DNA from: Candidatus Woesearchaeota archaeon
GTDB taxonomy: Archaea > Nanobdellota > Nanobdellia > Woesearchaeales > GW2011-AR4
Assembly: GCA_018303505.1 (NCBI GenBank)
Contig: JAGVYA010000020.1
Coordinates: 97 to 64,096, forward strand
Reading direction: 5' to 3'
Length of the DNA stretch: 64,000 nt
Shown: positions 46,473 to 55,438 of the stretch, in pieces
Layout of the letters: each line of letters begins with the position of its first letter
How positions within the stretch are numbered: the first letter of the stretch is position 1
Notes under the pieces: model-generated
Database searches by the model: none
Seen by the model: only the letters and a program-made list of their open reading frames with translations
Told to the model about the DNA's origin: nothing
Made by a program: the position numbers and the translations under genes

Positions 46473-46482
46473 CCCACCTCTT

Positions 46483-46917
46483 TTACTCTAAACCAGTGCT
46501 TCCGAACCCCTGCTCGTTTCTTGTAGTTTCTTCAAGCTTGTCAATTTCCTCAAAAACAGCTTCCTCTACTTTTGTAAACACCATCTGGCCAATTTTCTTG
46601 CCTTTTTCTATTTTGTATGGCTTGTCGCTGAAATTAATCATTGGTATTTTTATCTCTCCCCTATAGGATGAGTCAATTGTGCCTATGCTGTTGGCATGGC
46701 TTATGCCATGCTCCAAAGCCAAGCCGCTTTTTGGCCTTATTTGAGCTTCATAACCATAAGGAATTTCTATCTTAATGCCAGTTCCAATCAATTTTCTTTC
46801 CATTGGCTTTAGCAGGTAATCCTCAGCAGCATACAAATCAACTCCTGAGTCGCCTTTGTGGGAATAGAAAGGTGTTTTGACATCAGCAACTTTTTTGATT
46901 TTAACCTTTAAGTCCAT
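46483..46917 (-). CDS. dut: dUTP diphosphatase (trimeric type)
   Basis: GDSGVDLYA, IRPKSGLA, IDSSYRGEI, GFGSTG motifs. Confidence 0.88.
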   Translation of the reverse strand: MDLKVKIKKVADVKTPFYSHKGDSGVDLYAAEDYLLKPMERKLIGTGIKIEIPYGYEAQIRPKSGLALEHGISHANSIGTIDSSYRGEIKIPMINFSDKPYKIEKGKKIGQMVFTKVEEAVFEEIDKLEETTRNEQGFGSTGLE

Positions 46918-47022
46918 TTTAATCACAAAGAAAACTCAATTTTTAACAGCTTACTTATATTTAAATAATTCGCAATTTAAAAATATAGTTTTATTAAGTT
47001 ATGTTGATTAGTTTATATTGCT

Positions 47023-47526
47023 TTATTCTTTTCTAAAAGAAAGTATGGATGAAAGATTGTGCTCAAGCACCTTGCCATTGGATGCATCTATTTTAATATT
47101 TAAAGTGTTGAAAGCTTCTGTTATATATGTTATGTTCCATATATTGCCTAGGTTTGGCATGTTTTGCAGTATTGCAATAGTCTTTATGCTTTTGTCCTTT
47201 GGAAAGTTTTTTTGCTGGAATTCATCTGCTTTTCCAATAGCACTGTCAAATGTTATCTTCACCTTGTCCAGCTGTATTTCATTCACTTTCATTCCTTCCT
47301 TTTTGAAGATTTCTTCTTCTGGCCTTATCTTAATGTTGTCTCCTGCTATGACAAAAGTGGTTATTTTGTCTTTTTTGGAGTTATAGAAGCCAAACTGCCA
47401 GTCATTTGAGCCCATTTCCTGCGGTATTTTAAAGGCATAAGAGAAATATGTATTTTTGTTTTTTTTATGCCATACCTTGAAATCTGGGCTTTCCTCAAGC
47501 TTTTTTAACGCAGGCTTTAAGTCCAT
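47023..47526 (-). CDS. hypothetical protein
   Basis: Track ORF trimmed to MDLKPALKKLEESPDF, since the upstream part overlaps the taw1 start region. Confidence 0.5.
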   Translation of the reverse strand: MDLKPALKKLEESPDFKVWHKKNKNTYFSYAFKIPQEMGSNDWQFGFYNSKKDKITTFVIAGDNIKIRPEEEIFKKEGMKVNEIQLDKVKITFDSAIGKADEFQQKNFPKDKSIKTIAILQNMPNLGNIWNITYITEAFNTLNIKIDASNGKVLEHNLSSILSFRKE

Positions 47527-47578
47527 AAGAAGTTTGAAAACCTCAAAATTTATATAGATTTGTATTTTATTTATAGGC

Positions 47579-48529
47579 ATGATAACAGCAGATGTAAAGT
47601 TAATGTTAAAAAAGCAGCAATATGAAGTAGTTGGCAACCATACAAGAGTCAAGACATGCCACTGGACTAAAAGCGACTTGAGAGGAGAAGGTGGCTGTTA
47701 TAAAAACAAGTTTTACGGCATTAACAGCCATCAATGCGTCCAGATGACTCCTACATTTACTTGCAACAATGCCTGTGTCTTTTGCTGGCGTGATTTAAGG
47801 TATCATACACAGCCTGCTATGGAAGGAAGCATAGATGAGCCAGAAGAAATTGTTGAAGGCACAATAGAGGCCCAAAAAAAACTGCTTTCTGGATTTGGAG
47901 GAAATGAAAAAACGAGCAAAGAGAAATTCGAAAAGTCAATGCATCCGCAGCATGTTGCCATATCATTGGATGGAGAGCCAACTTTGTATCCAAAGCTGAC
48001 AGAGTTAATTAGGGCATATAAAAAAAGGAATTTCTCGACATTTGTTGTGAGCAATGGCTTGTTGCCTGAAAGAATTGAGAAATTGCTTGAAGAGCCGCCA
48101 ACGCAGATTTACATCAGCGTAGACGCTCCAAATGAAGAACTTTTTAATATCATTGACCGACCTATTATTAAGAATGCGTGGCAAGGCTTGATGAAAACTT
48201 TCGGTATACTGCCAAAATTAAGAGAAAGAATGAGAACTGTTTTACGATTTACTTTAATCAAAGACCTTAACATGATTTATCCTGAGCAGTGGGCTGAAAT
48301 CATAAAGCTCAGCAACCCGATGTTTGTTGAAGCCAAAGCATACATGTGGGTGGGCATGTCAAGAGAAAGACTGCTGCAGGAAAATATGCCAAGCCATGAA
48401 GAGGTAAAGCGGTTTGCTCTTGAGATAGCAAAGCACGCAGATTACAAGCTGATAGACGAGCATGAGCCTTCAAGAGTTGTTTTATTAATGAAAGGGGATT
48501 TTGAAGGAAGGGTTATGAAGTTTGAGTGA
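47579..48529 (+). CDS. taw1: 4-demethylwyosine synthase (radical SAM, Tyw1/Taw1)
   Basis: VKTCHWTKSDLRGEGGCYKNKFYGI...CNNACVFCWR. Confidence 0.88.
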   Translation: MITADVKLMLKKQQYEVVGNHTRVKTCHWTKSDLRGEGGCYKNKFYGINSHQCVQMTPTFTCNNACVFCWRDLRYHTQPAMEGSIDEPEEIVEGTIEAQKKLLSGFGGNEKTSKEKFEKSMHPQHVAISLDGEPTLYPKLTELIRAYKKRNFSTFVVSNGLLPERIEKLLEEPPTQIYISVDAPNEELFNIIDRPIIKNAWQGLMKTFGILPKLRERMRTVLRFTLIKDLNMIYPEQWAEIIKLSNPMFVEAKAYMWVGMSRERLLQENMPSHEEVKRFALEIAKHADYKLIDEHEPSRVVLLMKGDFEGRVMKFE

Positions 48530-48667
48530 AGATTAATTGTAGTTGTTTCAATTAAAGCGAATTTTGAACCTGACAACTCACCTTAATTACAAGATTGTCA
48601 GTTCATATTTACGGGGGTTGAGCTTTGGGAAGAAATATTTAAATACCTAAATCCATATTTTTTAAAA

Positions 48668-48889
48668 ATGAATAAAAGTGATAAGCCAGTTAGGATTATC
48701 GTTAATCATGTATACCACAATCCTCCTAATCCTAACGAAGGTTCAGGAGCTCCATTATTTTTTGGAATAATTATTTTTATTATATCTGTGCTTGGAGTTT
48801 TTGCAACACCTATTGAGGTGTGGAATTTCATTGCTCTTGGTGTGGCTATTCTATTAGGTAAATGGTTGTATGGTCAGTTCTTTACTTAA
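48668..48889 (+). CDS. small membrane protein
   Basis: Two hydrophobic segments; track ORF. Confidence 0.4.
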   Translation: MNKSDKPVRIIVNHVYHNPPNPNEGSGAPLFFGIIIFIISVLGVFATPIEVWNFIALGVAILLGKWLYGQFFT

Positions 48890-48970
48890 ACAACTGGTAA
48901 AATGTTTAATGTAAGTACAAGCTGGATTAAGATAAAGTTTAATATTATGATATTTAGGTTTAAATGTGAG

Positions 48971-49144
48971 ATGAATAAGGAAGTAAAAAAATATTTTGGA
49001 GGGGGATTGTTAATTCTCGCTTTAGGTATTTCTATTATATTGGTGTCATTAATCCCATATTATAGATTTTTTAGAATAGTGGGTTATTCAGTTATTTTTT
49101 TAAGTTTAGTTCCTTTTGGTATTGGAATTTGGTTATACAAGTAA
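48971..49144 (+). CDS. small membrane protein
   Basis: Track ORF trimmed to MNKEVKKYFGG; two hydrophobic segments. Confidence 0.4.
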   Translation: MNKEVKKYFGGGLLILALGISIILVSLIPYYRFFRIVGYSVIFLSLVPFGIGIWLYK

Positions 49145-49250
49145 TTAAAAAAGATAGGATATACTAGATAGGCATTAAAATTATTGTATATACGTTGACT
49201 TAATTGTTTTTTGTAATTATGGTGTTTTATAAATACATTCTCACACAATA

Positions 49251-49279
49251 AAATACGTAAGCCCCCAACTTTTCAGTCT
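49251..49279. repeat. direct repeat copy 1 (29 bp, 4 mismatches to 49996-50024)
   Basis: aaatacgtaagcccccaacttttcagtct. Confidence 0.75.
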
Positions 49280-49448
49280 TTCGAACATCTACTCTGCTTC
49301 GCAGTAATTCATGCATGCTGATAATCTTAAAAAAATAACGAAAAACGGCTGTCCCGCCGTCCCAAAGTTTGCTTATTTCATTCGTAAAAAATCAAAACAT
49401 TTATATATCTATGATATATATCAGTAATATATCTCGCTGGTGACTTTC

Positions 49449-49733
49449 ATGAATTTCACTTACAAGGGAAAGCCAATACTTCCAACCAAAACGGCGTTAA
49501 ATGAATTAAGCGATATTAATGTAAATTTGTATGAAGTCCCAGAAATTTTGGAAAAAGGCTTTGAAGTCAGAAAAAGAGCGAAGAACATTACTGAAAGAGG
49601 CATTCAAAGGGGAAAGAAAGTGATAAATGTTGTAGTGGTTGATTTGGGAGACTACTACAAGTTAATTCATGCGGGCGAATTTACATTAAGTAAAAAATTC
49701 AAAAAATTAATGAGGTATAAAAATGGAATTTGA
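49449..49733 (+). CDS. small toxin-like protein (DUF4258-like, weak)
   Basis: MNFTYKGKPILPTKTALNEL...ITERGIQRGKKVINVVVVD. Confidence 0.4.
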   Translation: MNFTYKGKPILPTKTALNELSDINVNLYEVPEILEKGFEVRKRAKNITERGIQRGKKVINVVVVDLGDYYKLIHAGEFTLSKKFKKLMRYKNGI

Positions 49734-49818
49734 AAATCTAAAGCTGAAATGCGAATGCGGCGGAAAGATGGAAAAGATAAGAACAGAATGGAAAGGAATA
49801 GAAGTAAGAGGATGGTAG
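49723..49818 (+). CDS. 31-codon zinc-ribbon ORF (YgiT/MqsA-like finger)
   Basis: Own translation: MEFENLKLKCECGGKMEKIRTEWKGIEVRGW-stop. Start overlaps the upstream stop. Confidence 0.35.
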   Translation: MEFENLKLKCECGGKMEKIRTEWKGIEVRGW

Positions 49819-49985
49819 AAATAGAAAGGGCTAGAAAGAAAAATCTCCTTACTGTAAAATTAAGGAAGGTAGGAAAAAGCAATGTTGTTACAGTGCCGCA
49901 GCCAATAATAGAAGCTGAAAACCTAAAAGAAGGGCAAAAATTGGAATGGAAGATAGAAGCTGGTAGATTAGTTTTGAGCCCGTAA
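49812..49985 (+). CDS. AbrB/SpoVT-like antitoxin-type DNA-binding protein
   Basis: MVEIERARKKNLLTVKLRKVGKSNVVTVPQPIIEAENLKEGQKLEWKIE. Internal Met of track ORF 49749..49985. Overlaps the previous ORF by ATGGTAG. Confidence 0.55.
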   Translation: MVEIERARKKNLLTVKLRKVGKSNVVTVPQPIIEAENLKEGQKLEWKIEAGRLVLSP

Positions 49986-49995
49986 ATATATAACG

Positions 49996-50024
49996 AAATA
50001 CGCAAGTCCTCAACTTTTCAGCCT
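49996..50024. repeat. direct repeat copy 2 (29 bp)
   Basis: aaatacgcaagtcctcaacttttcagcct; abuts and overlaps the stop codon of 50023..50676. Confidence 0.75.
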
Positions 50025-50676
50025 AAATCTCAACAATCTTCCCAAACGGCCCAGGGTTTACAACTTTTGTATGCTTTATTTTATCTTCTTTTCCAAAATT
50101 TTCATGCAAATGCCCGCAAATCAACAAATCAATTTTATTCTTTTCAATAAAATGCCTTATTGGTTTGTTGCCGCAATGCCCTCCAACAAGTTTGTCAAGC
50201 TTTGTTTTGTAAGGAGGAGCATGAGTCACAAGAATTGTTTTTTTATCTTTGTTGTCACTTAAAAATCCTTGATTTTTAAGTTCCCCAGAAGCTTCGCTTC
50301 TGTAGGATTTAATTATTTTTTTGAATTTTATTGCAATTTTCTCAAACTCCTTATCAACCATAGAAAAGCCTCCTCCTCCATAGCCAAGGAATAATGTGTT
50401 GTTTTTTATAAAATGATTTTTATGTATAAAGATAATATTCTTGAATAATTTTGATAATTTTCTAAAAGTAGTATCATCTTCATGGTTGCCATGAATTATT
50501 ATAATTTTCTTATTTAATCTATTTAGCCTTCTAATTATACCAACGATTCCATGCTCGAAAATAGAGATATCTCCAGCACAAACTAGCAAATCAGGTTTTT
50601 GAGCTTTTGTTTTTTGTTCTATTCTTCTCAAAGCCGATAAAGAGCCATGAGTGTCTGTAAAAGCTAGTAGTTTCAT
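50023..50676 (-). CDS. metallophosphoesterase
   Basis: FTDTHGS, CAGDIS, IHGNHED, VTHAPP, GHLH motifs. Confidence 0.8.
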   Translation of the reverse strand: MKLLAFTDTHGSLSALRRIEQKTKAQKPDLLVCAGDISIFEHGIVGIIRRLNRLNKKIIIIHGNHEDDTTFRKLSKLFKNIIFIHKNHFIKNNTLFLGYGGGGFSMVDKEFEKIAIKFKKIIKSYRSEASGELKNQGFLSDNKDKKTILVTHAPPYKTKLDKLVGGHCGNKPIRHFIEKNKIDLLICGHLHENFGKEDKIKHTKVVNPGPFGKIVEI

Positions 50677-50737
50677 ATTTCAGAGTAATTTAAAGGTGTA
50701 TTTAAAGGTAATTGTTACTACTTATCAAGTAAGAAAA

Positions 50738-51124
50738 ATGGAAAGGTTTATAAAGGGAGTAATTACAATATTTATTATGAAATTTGAAAATTCTGGTGAT
50801 GAATTTATCTATAATATGCGTGTAGCACGGTGGGTAGTAAATGGAAGTCTAGATGACAAACTTGAATTAAAGTTAACTCCAGACCATTCAAGGCTGCGAG
50901 TGAGGGCAAGAATAGAAAAATTGCCCGATGATAGTTATAGAACAAGGAGGATGATTTATTTTAGAGGAGGGAAAAGGACACAGAGTACATATTACAGCTC
51001 CACCAAGTATCAGGTAATGGTTGATTTTAGAAGAATAATTGATAGTTTGGTAGCAGCTTGTATTGATGGAGAAACAAACGATCCGAGATTATTAAAATTT
51101 TATGAAGCTCACAAAGTCAAATAA
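50738..51124 (+). CDS. hypothetical protein
   Basis: Track ORF trimmed to MERFIKG. Not K/I/N-rich. No motif. Confidence 0.4.
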   Translation: MERFIKGVITIFIMKFENSGDEFIYNMRVARWVVNGSLDDKLELKLTPDHSRLRVRARIEKLPDDSYRTRRMIYFRGGKRTQSTYYSSTKYQVMVDFRRIIDSLVAACIDGETNDPRLLKFYEAHKVK

Positions 51125-52304
51125 CGCTATAATAATCCTCCAACACTAATTTGTCAACATTCTCCAAATTTCTAACAACATAAAGCCTGCCTTCTCCTAA
51201 CTCAACTATTTTCTCTGCCAATTTCTTTCCTTTTTCATCCAAGTTAATCCCAATTAAAGAAATAGTTATGCCCTTGCTTCTTACAATAGATGCTTCTTCA
51301 AGAGTTGATTTTTCAGGCTCATCTCCTTTTGTCGGCAAAGCATCTGTTATCAAGATCAAGTGCTTTGTTATGTTTTCGCTAGGAAAAATCTCAATTGCTT
51401 TCTGCAGTGTTGAAACAATATCAGTTTCTTTAGAAGCTCTTATCCTTGTTATTTCCTTAAGCAACGTTGTAAAATCCAATGTTGGCTCTATTGTTTCTTT
51501 TACTTCAGAGCCAAACACAATCAATCCAACTCTGTCTTTTTCATTTATTGCTTTATAAGCAAGCGCAATTCCAGCTTTTTTACATGCGTCTATCTTCTTT
51601 CCTTTCATCGAGCCAGACGCATCAAGCGCATAAACAATATAAGTCTGGCCTTTGCTTTGCTTTTCATAAACCTGCAAGTCTTTGTCATCAAAATAATTAT
51701 GTCCTCTTCGTACAGCAAGCTTGACAGATTTTTTTAGTGCAATGTCCCTGTACCTGTCTCCTTTTTTATAAAGCCTTGAGTTTTCCTTTTCACCATAGAC
51801 AAAAGTTTTTTTGCTTATTTTTTCTCCTATAATTCCTTTTGGCACTATCTTGTCAAGCTCTTCAAAATATAAAACCAAAGAAGCAAGCTCAACTCCTTTC
51901 TCTGATAAAGAATTATCTTTCAGCAAAAAACCTTCTTCTTTTAGATCTTCAATCTTCTGCTGTATTTTCTCTTTCAGCTCTTTCTGGAATTCTGGAATGC
52001 CTATGTTTTTCTTTATGTAATCAGGCTCGTACCCAGAAACAAGCCTTATGATTGACTCGCCATATATTTGCTTAGCCAATTGATAGCTTTTGACAAGCTG
52101 CTCAAACATCAAATCCGGTGAAAAAGAACTCATGCCTTGGTTTATTGCGTCGCTTATTAGTTTGCCGCTGTCAATTATTTTCTTATCGTTCTCAAGAACA
52201 GAATGCATAAACTTGTCTTCTAATTGTTGAAATGCCAATTTGCCGCTTAATTCTTCTGCTCGGCTTAATTGCTTTACTTCTAATTTTTCGCTACCGTAAA
52301 TCAC
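51117..52304 (-). CDS. von Willebrand factor A domain protein
   Basis: YIVYALDASGSMKGKKID...GLIVFGS...ITDALPT MIDAS-type pattern in the C-terminal half. Confidence 0.75.
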   Translation of the reverse strand: MIYGSEKLEVKQLSRAEELSGKLAFQQLEDKFMHSVLENDKKIIDSGKLISDAINQGMSSFSPDLMFEQLVKSYQLAKQIYGESIIRLVSGYEPDYIKKNIGIPEFQKELKEKIQQKIEDLKEEGFLLKDNSLSEKGVELASLVLYFEELDKIVPKGIIGEKISKKTFVYGEKENSRLYKKGDRYRDIALKKSVKLAVRRGHNYFDDKDLQVYEKQSKGQTYIVYALDASGSMKGKKIDACKKAGIALAYKAINEKDRVGLIVFGSEVKETIEPTLDFTTLLKEITRIRASKETDIVSTLQKAIEIFPSENITKHLILITDALPTKGDEPEKSTLEEASIVRSKGITISLIGINLDEKGKKLAEKIVELGEGRLYVVRNLENVDKLVLEDYYSVI

Positions 52305-53334
52305 CAGATTCTTGCTCTTCTTCCAAGTGGTTTTGCCATTTAGTTGCTTCTATGTTTTTGTGAAATTGTTCTTTTATGTAATCTTCAATGCTTTGCAAAT
52401 ATCTAACAGATGGCTTTAGCCTTATCCTATGCGATAAAACAGAAACAAGCACATCTTTTATGTCTTCAAACTGCACATTTTTTCTTCCATTAAGCAAAGC
52501 ATTTGATTGTGACCTTTCATATAATCCAATTGAAGCTCTTACGCTTGGTTTTTTCTCCAATTTTTCATCATTTCTAAGCAATCTTATCAAATAAACCATT
52601 AAATTTAGCAAATCATCACTTACATTTGCAATCTTTTTTCCTTTCATTACAACTATTTGCTTTTCAATATCTATACTTTCAGGATAGTCCATATAGATAA
52701 TGTCAAATCTATCCAATAAAACATCGCTAAGCTTTTCAGTTGATGTATCTTCTGGATTCATGGTGGAGATAAAAATGAAATGAACATCAAAATCAACATC
52801 ATAAGAGCCGATAGTTGCTTTTCCTTCTTCAAGAACCTGCAATAATGCATTTTGCAGCTTTTCAGGGCATCTGTTTAGCTCGTCAAAAAATAAAACTCCA
52901 TTGTTGGCTTTGAATATCTTGCCAGGAGTGAAAGCTTCAAGGCTCAAAGGACCAAACTTTAATGCTTTGATTGGGTCTATGTCACCTAGCAAGTCTTCTA
53001 CTGTTAAGTCTGGGCTTCCTTGAATCCTGACAAATCTCTTTATGCCCTGTAGTTTTACAGTTTTATGTTTTGTTTTTTGCTTGCATGACGGGCATATTGG
53101 GTTTGAAGGGGTGCAATGGTAAGAGCAGCCATCAATGACTTCTATATCCGGCAAAAGCTTTGCTATGTTCTTTGCCAAAGTTGTCTTGCCAATTCCAGGA
53201 GCTCCAACTATTATTATGTGCCTGTTCATGAGCAAAGCTGACTTCATGCCCTGCTTTGCACTTTCCTGCCCAAGTATGTCTGTAAAGGGGTCTTTGTTTT
53301 TTAGGAATATTTCTTTTAGTTGTTCATTTAGCAT
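52291..53334 (-). CDS. AAA+ ATPase, ChlI/MoxR-like
   Basis: IIIVGAPGIGKTTLA Walker A, VLFFDELNR Walker B, Cys-rich insert CSYHCTPSNPICPSC. Overlaps the VWA gene. Confidence 0.8.
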   Translation of the reverse strand: MLNEQLKEIFLKNKDPFTDILGQESAKQGMKSALLMNRHIIIVGAPGIGKTTLAKNIAKLLPDIEVIDGCSYHCTPSNPICPSCKQKTKHKTVKLQGIKRFVRIQGSPDLTVEDLLGDIDPIKALKFGPLSLEAFTPGKIFKANNGVLFFDELNRCPEKLQNALLQVLEEGKATIGSYDVDFDVHFIFISTMNPEDTSTEKLSDVLLDRFDIIYMDYPESIDIEKQIVVMKGKKIANVSDDLLNLMVYLIRLLRNDEKLEKKPSVRASIGLYERSQSNALLNGRKNVQFEDIKDVLVSVLSHRIRLKPSVRYLQSIEDYIKEQFHKNIEATKWQNHLEEEQESGDLR

Positions 53335-53441
53335 TTTACAAAATAATTTAAGCCACAGAGAAAGGAAATGATTGTTTATAAAGGTATTGTTAAATTAATA
53401 AAGGACATTAATTTTCGGACACTTTCTTTGTGACATAAAAA

Positions 53442-53650
53442 TTCAATACGTTGCTTCGCAACAAAAAATAGTCTCGGCGAAAATTCTCCTGCCAATGAAT
53501 TTTCGCCTCGCAATTAATTCAATATTAATGAATAAATAGGCGAGGCTTCGCGAGTAGATGAGCGAGCGAGAGGCGAGCTCTCGCATTCGACTGGCAGAAC
53601 ATCGAAGCCTAGCACCATAATTTGTGAGCGTAAGCGAACAGATGATTGAA
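53442..53650. repeat. full-length, expanded copy of the GC-rich TIR/hairpin element
   Basis: ttcaatacg...gattgaa termini. GTTGC-TTC-GCAAC and GGCGAAAATTC/GAATTTTCGCC hairpins. Enlarged gagcgagcgagaggcgagctctcgc core. Confidence 0.7.
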
Positions 53651-53689
53651 GATTTAAATTTATATTTGTCCAATTACTTACGTCGCTGA

Positions 53690-54283
53690 CTAAATAATCC
53701 TAACCAGCCAAACAGCAGCTCCAGCAACAAAAGGCACTATCAAATTGTCCTCTACTTGTTGTGTGCCTATCTTTATCTCAACTGCTTCAACAATCATAGC
53801 TGCGAAAGATGCCAAAAGGGCGTCCCACCAAGGCAGGAACACAAAAGCACCTATGAATCCGAATATTATGCCTGCAATTGTGCCTTCAAGAAACTTTGTT
53901 TTTGAAAATGGATGCTTTATTTTGCCATAATGCAGACCATAAAGATGTGATACAGAATCTCCTAATGCTAATACCATTATAGAAGCCATTGCTATGTCTT
54001 TTGGAAATAACAGCAAAGCAGCATAAGCCCCTATAAAATAAAAGATAATTCCTTTGCCAGGAAATTTCTTTATATCCTCTTTGCGCTCAAATATTTCCAG
54101 CAAATTGTATATCACAGGAATATTTATTTTTTTGCTTAAATAAGATATAATAATGCCTGTAATAATTATTATTAATATTATTTTTTTGTCAATAAAATCG
54201 TACAAGAGCAATGCTACTATTGCAATGCCTAAAAAAATGTGAAAAAACTGCCTGTTCCACTCAAATGAATTTAGATTTTCCAT
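53690..54283 (-). CDS. polyprenol/dolichol kinase-like CTP-dependent membrane enzyme
   Basis: Multi-TM. LALGDSVSHLYGLHYGKIKHPFSKTKFLEGTIAG. Confidence 0.45.
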   Translation of the reverse strand: MENLNSFEWNRQFFHIFLGIAIVALLLYDFIDKKIILIIIITGIIISYLSKKINIPVIYNLLEIFERKEDIKKFPGKGIIFYFIGAYAALLLFPKDIAMASIMVLALGDSVSHLYGLHYGKIKHPFSKTKFLEGTIAGIIFGFIGAFVFLPWWDALLASFAAMIVEAVEIKIGTQQVEDNLIVPFVAGAAVWLVRII

Positions 54284-54837
54284 AATTTGCCTTTATCTTT
54301 CAGCTCCAAAAAGTAATCTCCGATAAAGTAGCCTGCCAAAGCGCCAAAAATAACGTCGCTGAGGAAATGAAATCCTAGGTACACTCTAGTGAAAGCAACT
54401 AAAAACGCAAAAGAAATCGAATAATACCTATATTTTGGAAGCTTTTTTATTAATATCGGTAGCAATGAAAAAACAACTATGGAATGCGTGCTTGGGAATG
54501 AATAATTGATTATGTTGAGAAAAGGGTATGTGAATGTGTCTACAGGCCTAATTCTATGAACAACTAATTTTACGATAAAATTCAAGATGAAAGAAACTAT
54601 AAACGCCAACCAAAGCAAGTAAATGGAATCTTTATTTTTTCTGTAAAGAATAATGGAGGGAATAAACAGCATTACCACCAAAACAAATCCGAAATTTGTG
54701 ATAATGCTGAAAATAAAATCAAAAAATGCAAATTGTGATTCTTGAAAGAAAGAGCTTATTTGTCGGTCAAAATTATAAGAAAGAATATACATCAATATTG
54801 ATACTACAAAAATCACAATTCTATTTACTTTTTTCAT
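54271..54837 (-). CDS. PAP2-family phosphatase
   Basis: RIRP, SFPSTHS, RVYLGFHFLSDV motifs. Confidence 0.8.
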   Translation of the reverse strand: MKKVNRIVIFVVSILMYILSYNFDRQISSFFQESQFAFFDFIFSIITNFGFVLVVMLFIPSIILYRKNKDSIYLLWLAFIVSFILNFIVKLVVHRIRPVDTFTYPFLNIINYSFPSTHSIVVFSLLPILIKKLPKYRYYSISFAFLVAFTRVYLGFHFLSDVIFGALAGYFIGDYFLELKDKGKLWKI

Positions 54838-55438
54838 TTTTTCTCTTATGGTGCTTCCACACAAAATAGATCAAAAACAAAACAACTACTGCAATAAAAA
54901 TGATATCTAATTGCTGGGAATATTCATGTATTTTCTCCCAATGATCTCCTAGCTCAAATCCTGCATACAACAAAATAAAGTTCCATATTGATGCTCCTAA
55001 AAGAGTATAAATCAAAAATTTTTGCATGGACATTTTTGCTATTCCCGCCGGTATTGATATCAAATGCCTCACAACAGGCACAAACCTGCTTATGAATATT
55101 GTTTTTTCTCCATGCCTTTTGAACCATTTTTCTGTCCATTCAAGGTGCTCCTCTTCAAGCAATAAGTACTTGCCGAATTTCAATACAAAAGGCCTGCCGC
55201 CATAAACGCCAATATAATAGGACAAAAGTGAGCCAAAAATAGAGCCTAAGCTGCTAACTGAGACAGCAATCCAAAAATCAAATCTGCCTTGCAGAACTAA
55301 GTAGCCTGCAAATGGCATTACAACTTCGCTTGGCACAGGAGCAATCATGCTTTCCAGTGCCATCAGAATAAACAAGCCAAAATACCCCCCTATAGACATC
55401 CCAATAGTTATATACTCAACAATTTTTTCAACAATCAT
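54821..55438 (-). CDS. DedA-family membrane protein
   Basis: ESMIAPVPSEVVMPFAGYLV...GRPF...RFVPVVRHLISIPAG. Confidence 0.8.
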   Translation of the reverse strand: MIVEKIVEYITIGMSIGGYFGLFILMALESMIAPVPSEVVMPFAGYLVLQGRFDFWIAVSVSSLGSIFGSLLSYYIGVYGGRPFVLKFGKYLLLEEEHLEWTEKWFKRHGEKTIFISRFVPVVRHLISIPAGIAKMSMQKFLIYTLLGASIWNFILLYAGFELGDHWEKIHEYSQQLDIIFIAVVVLFLIYFVWKHHKRKNEKSK

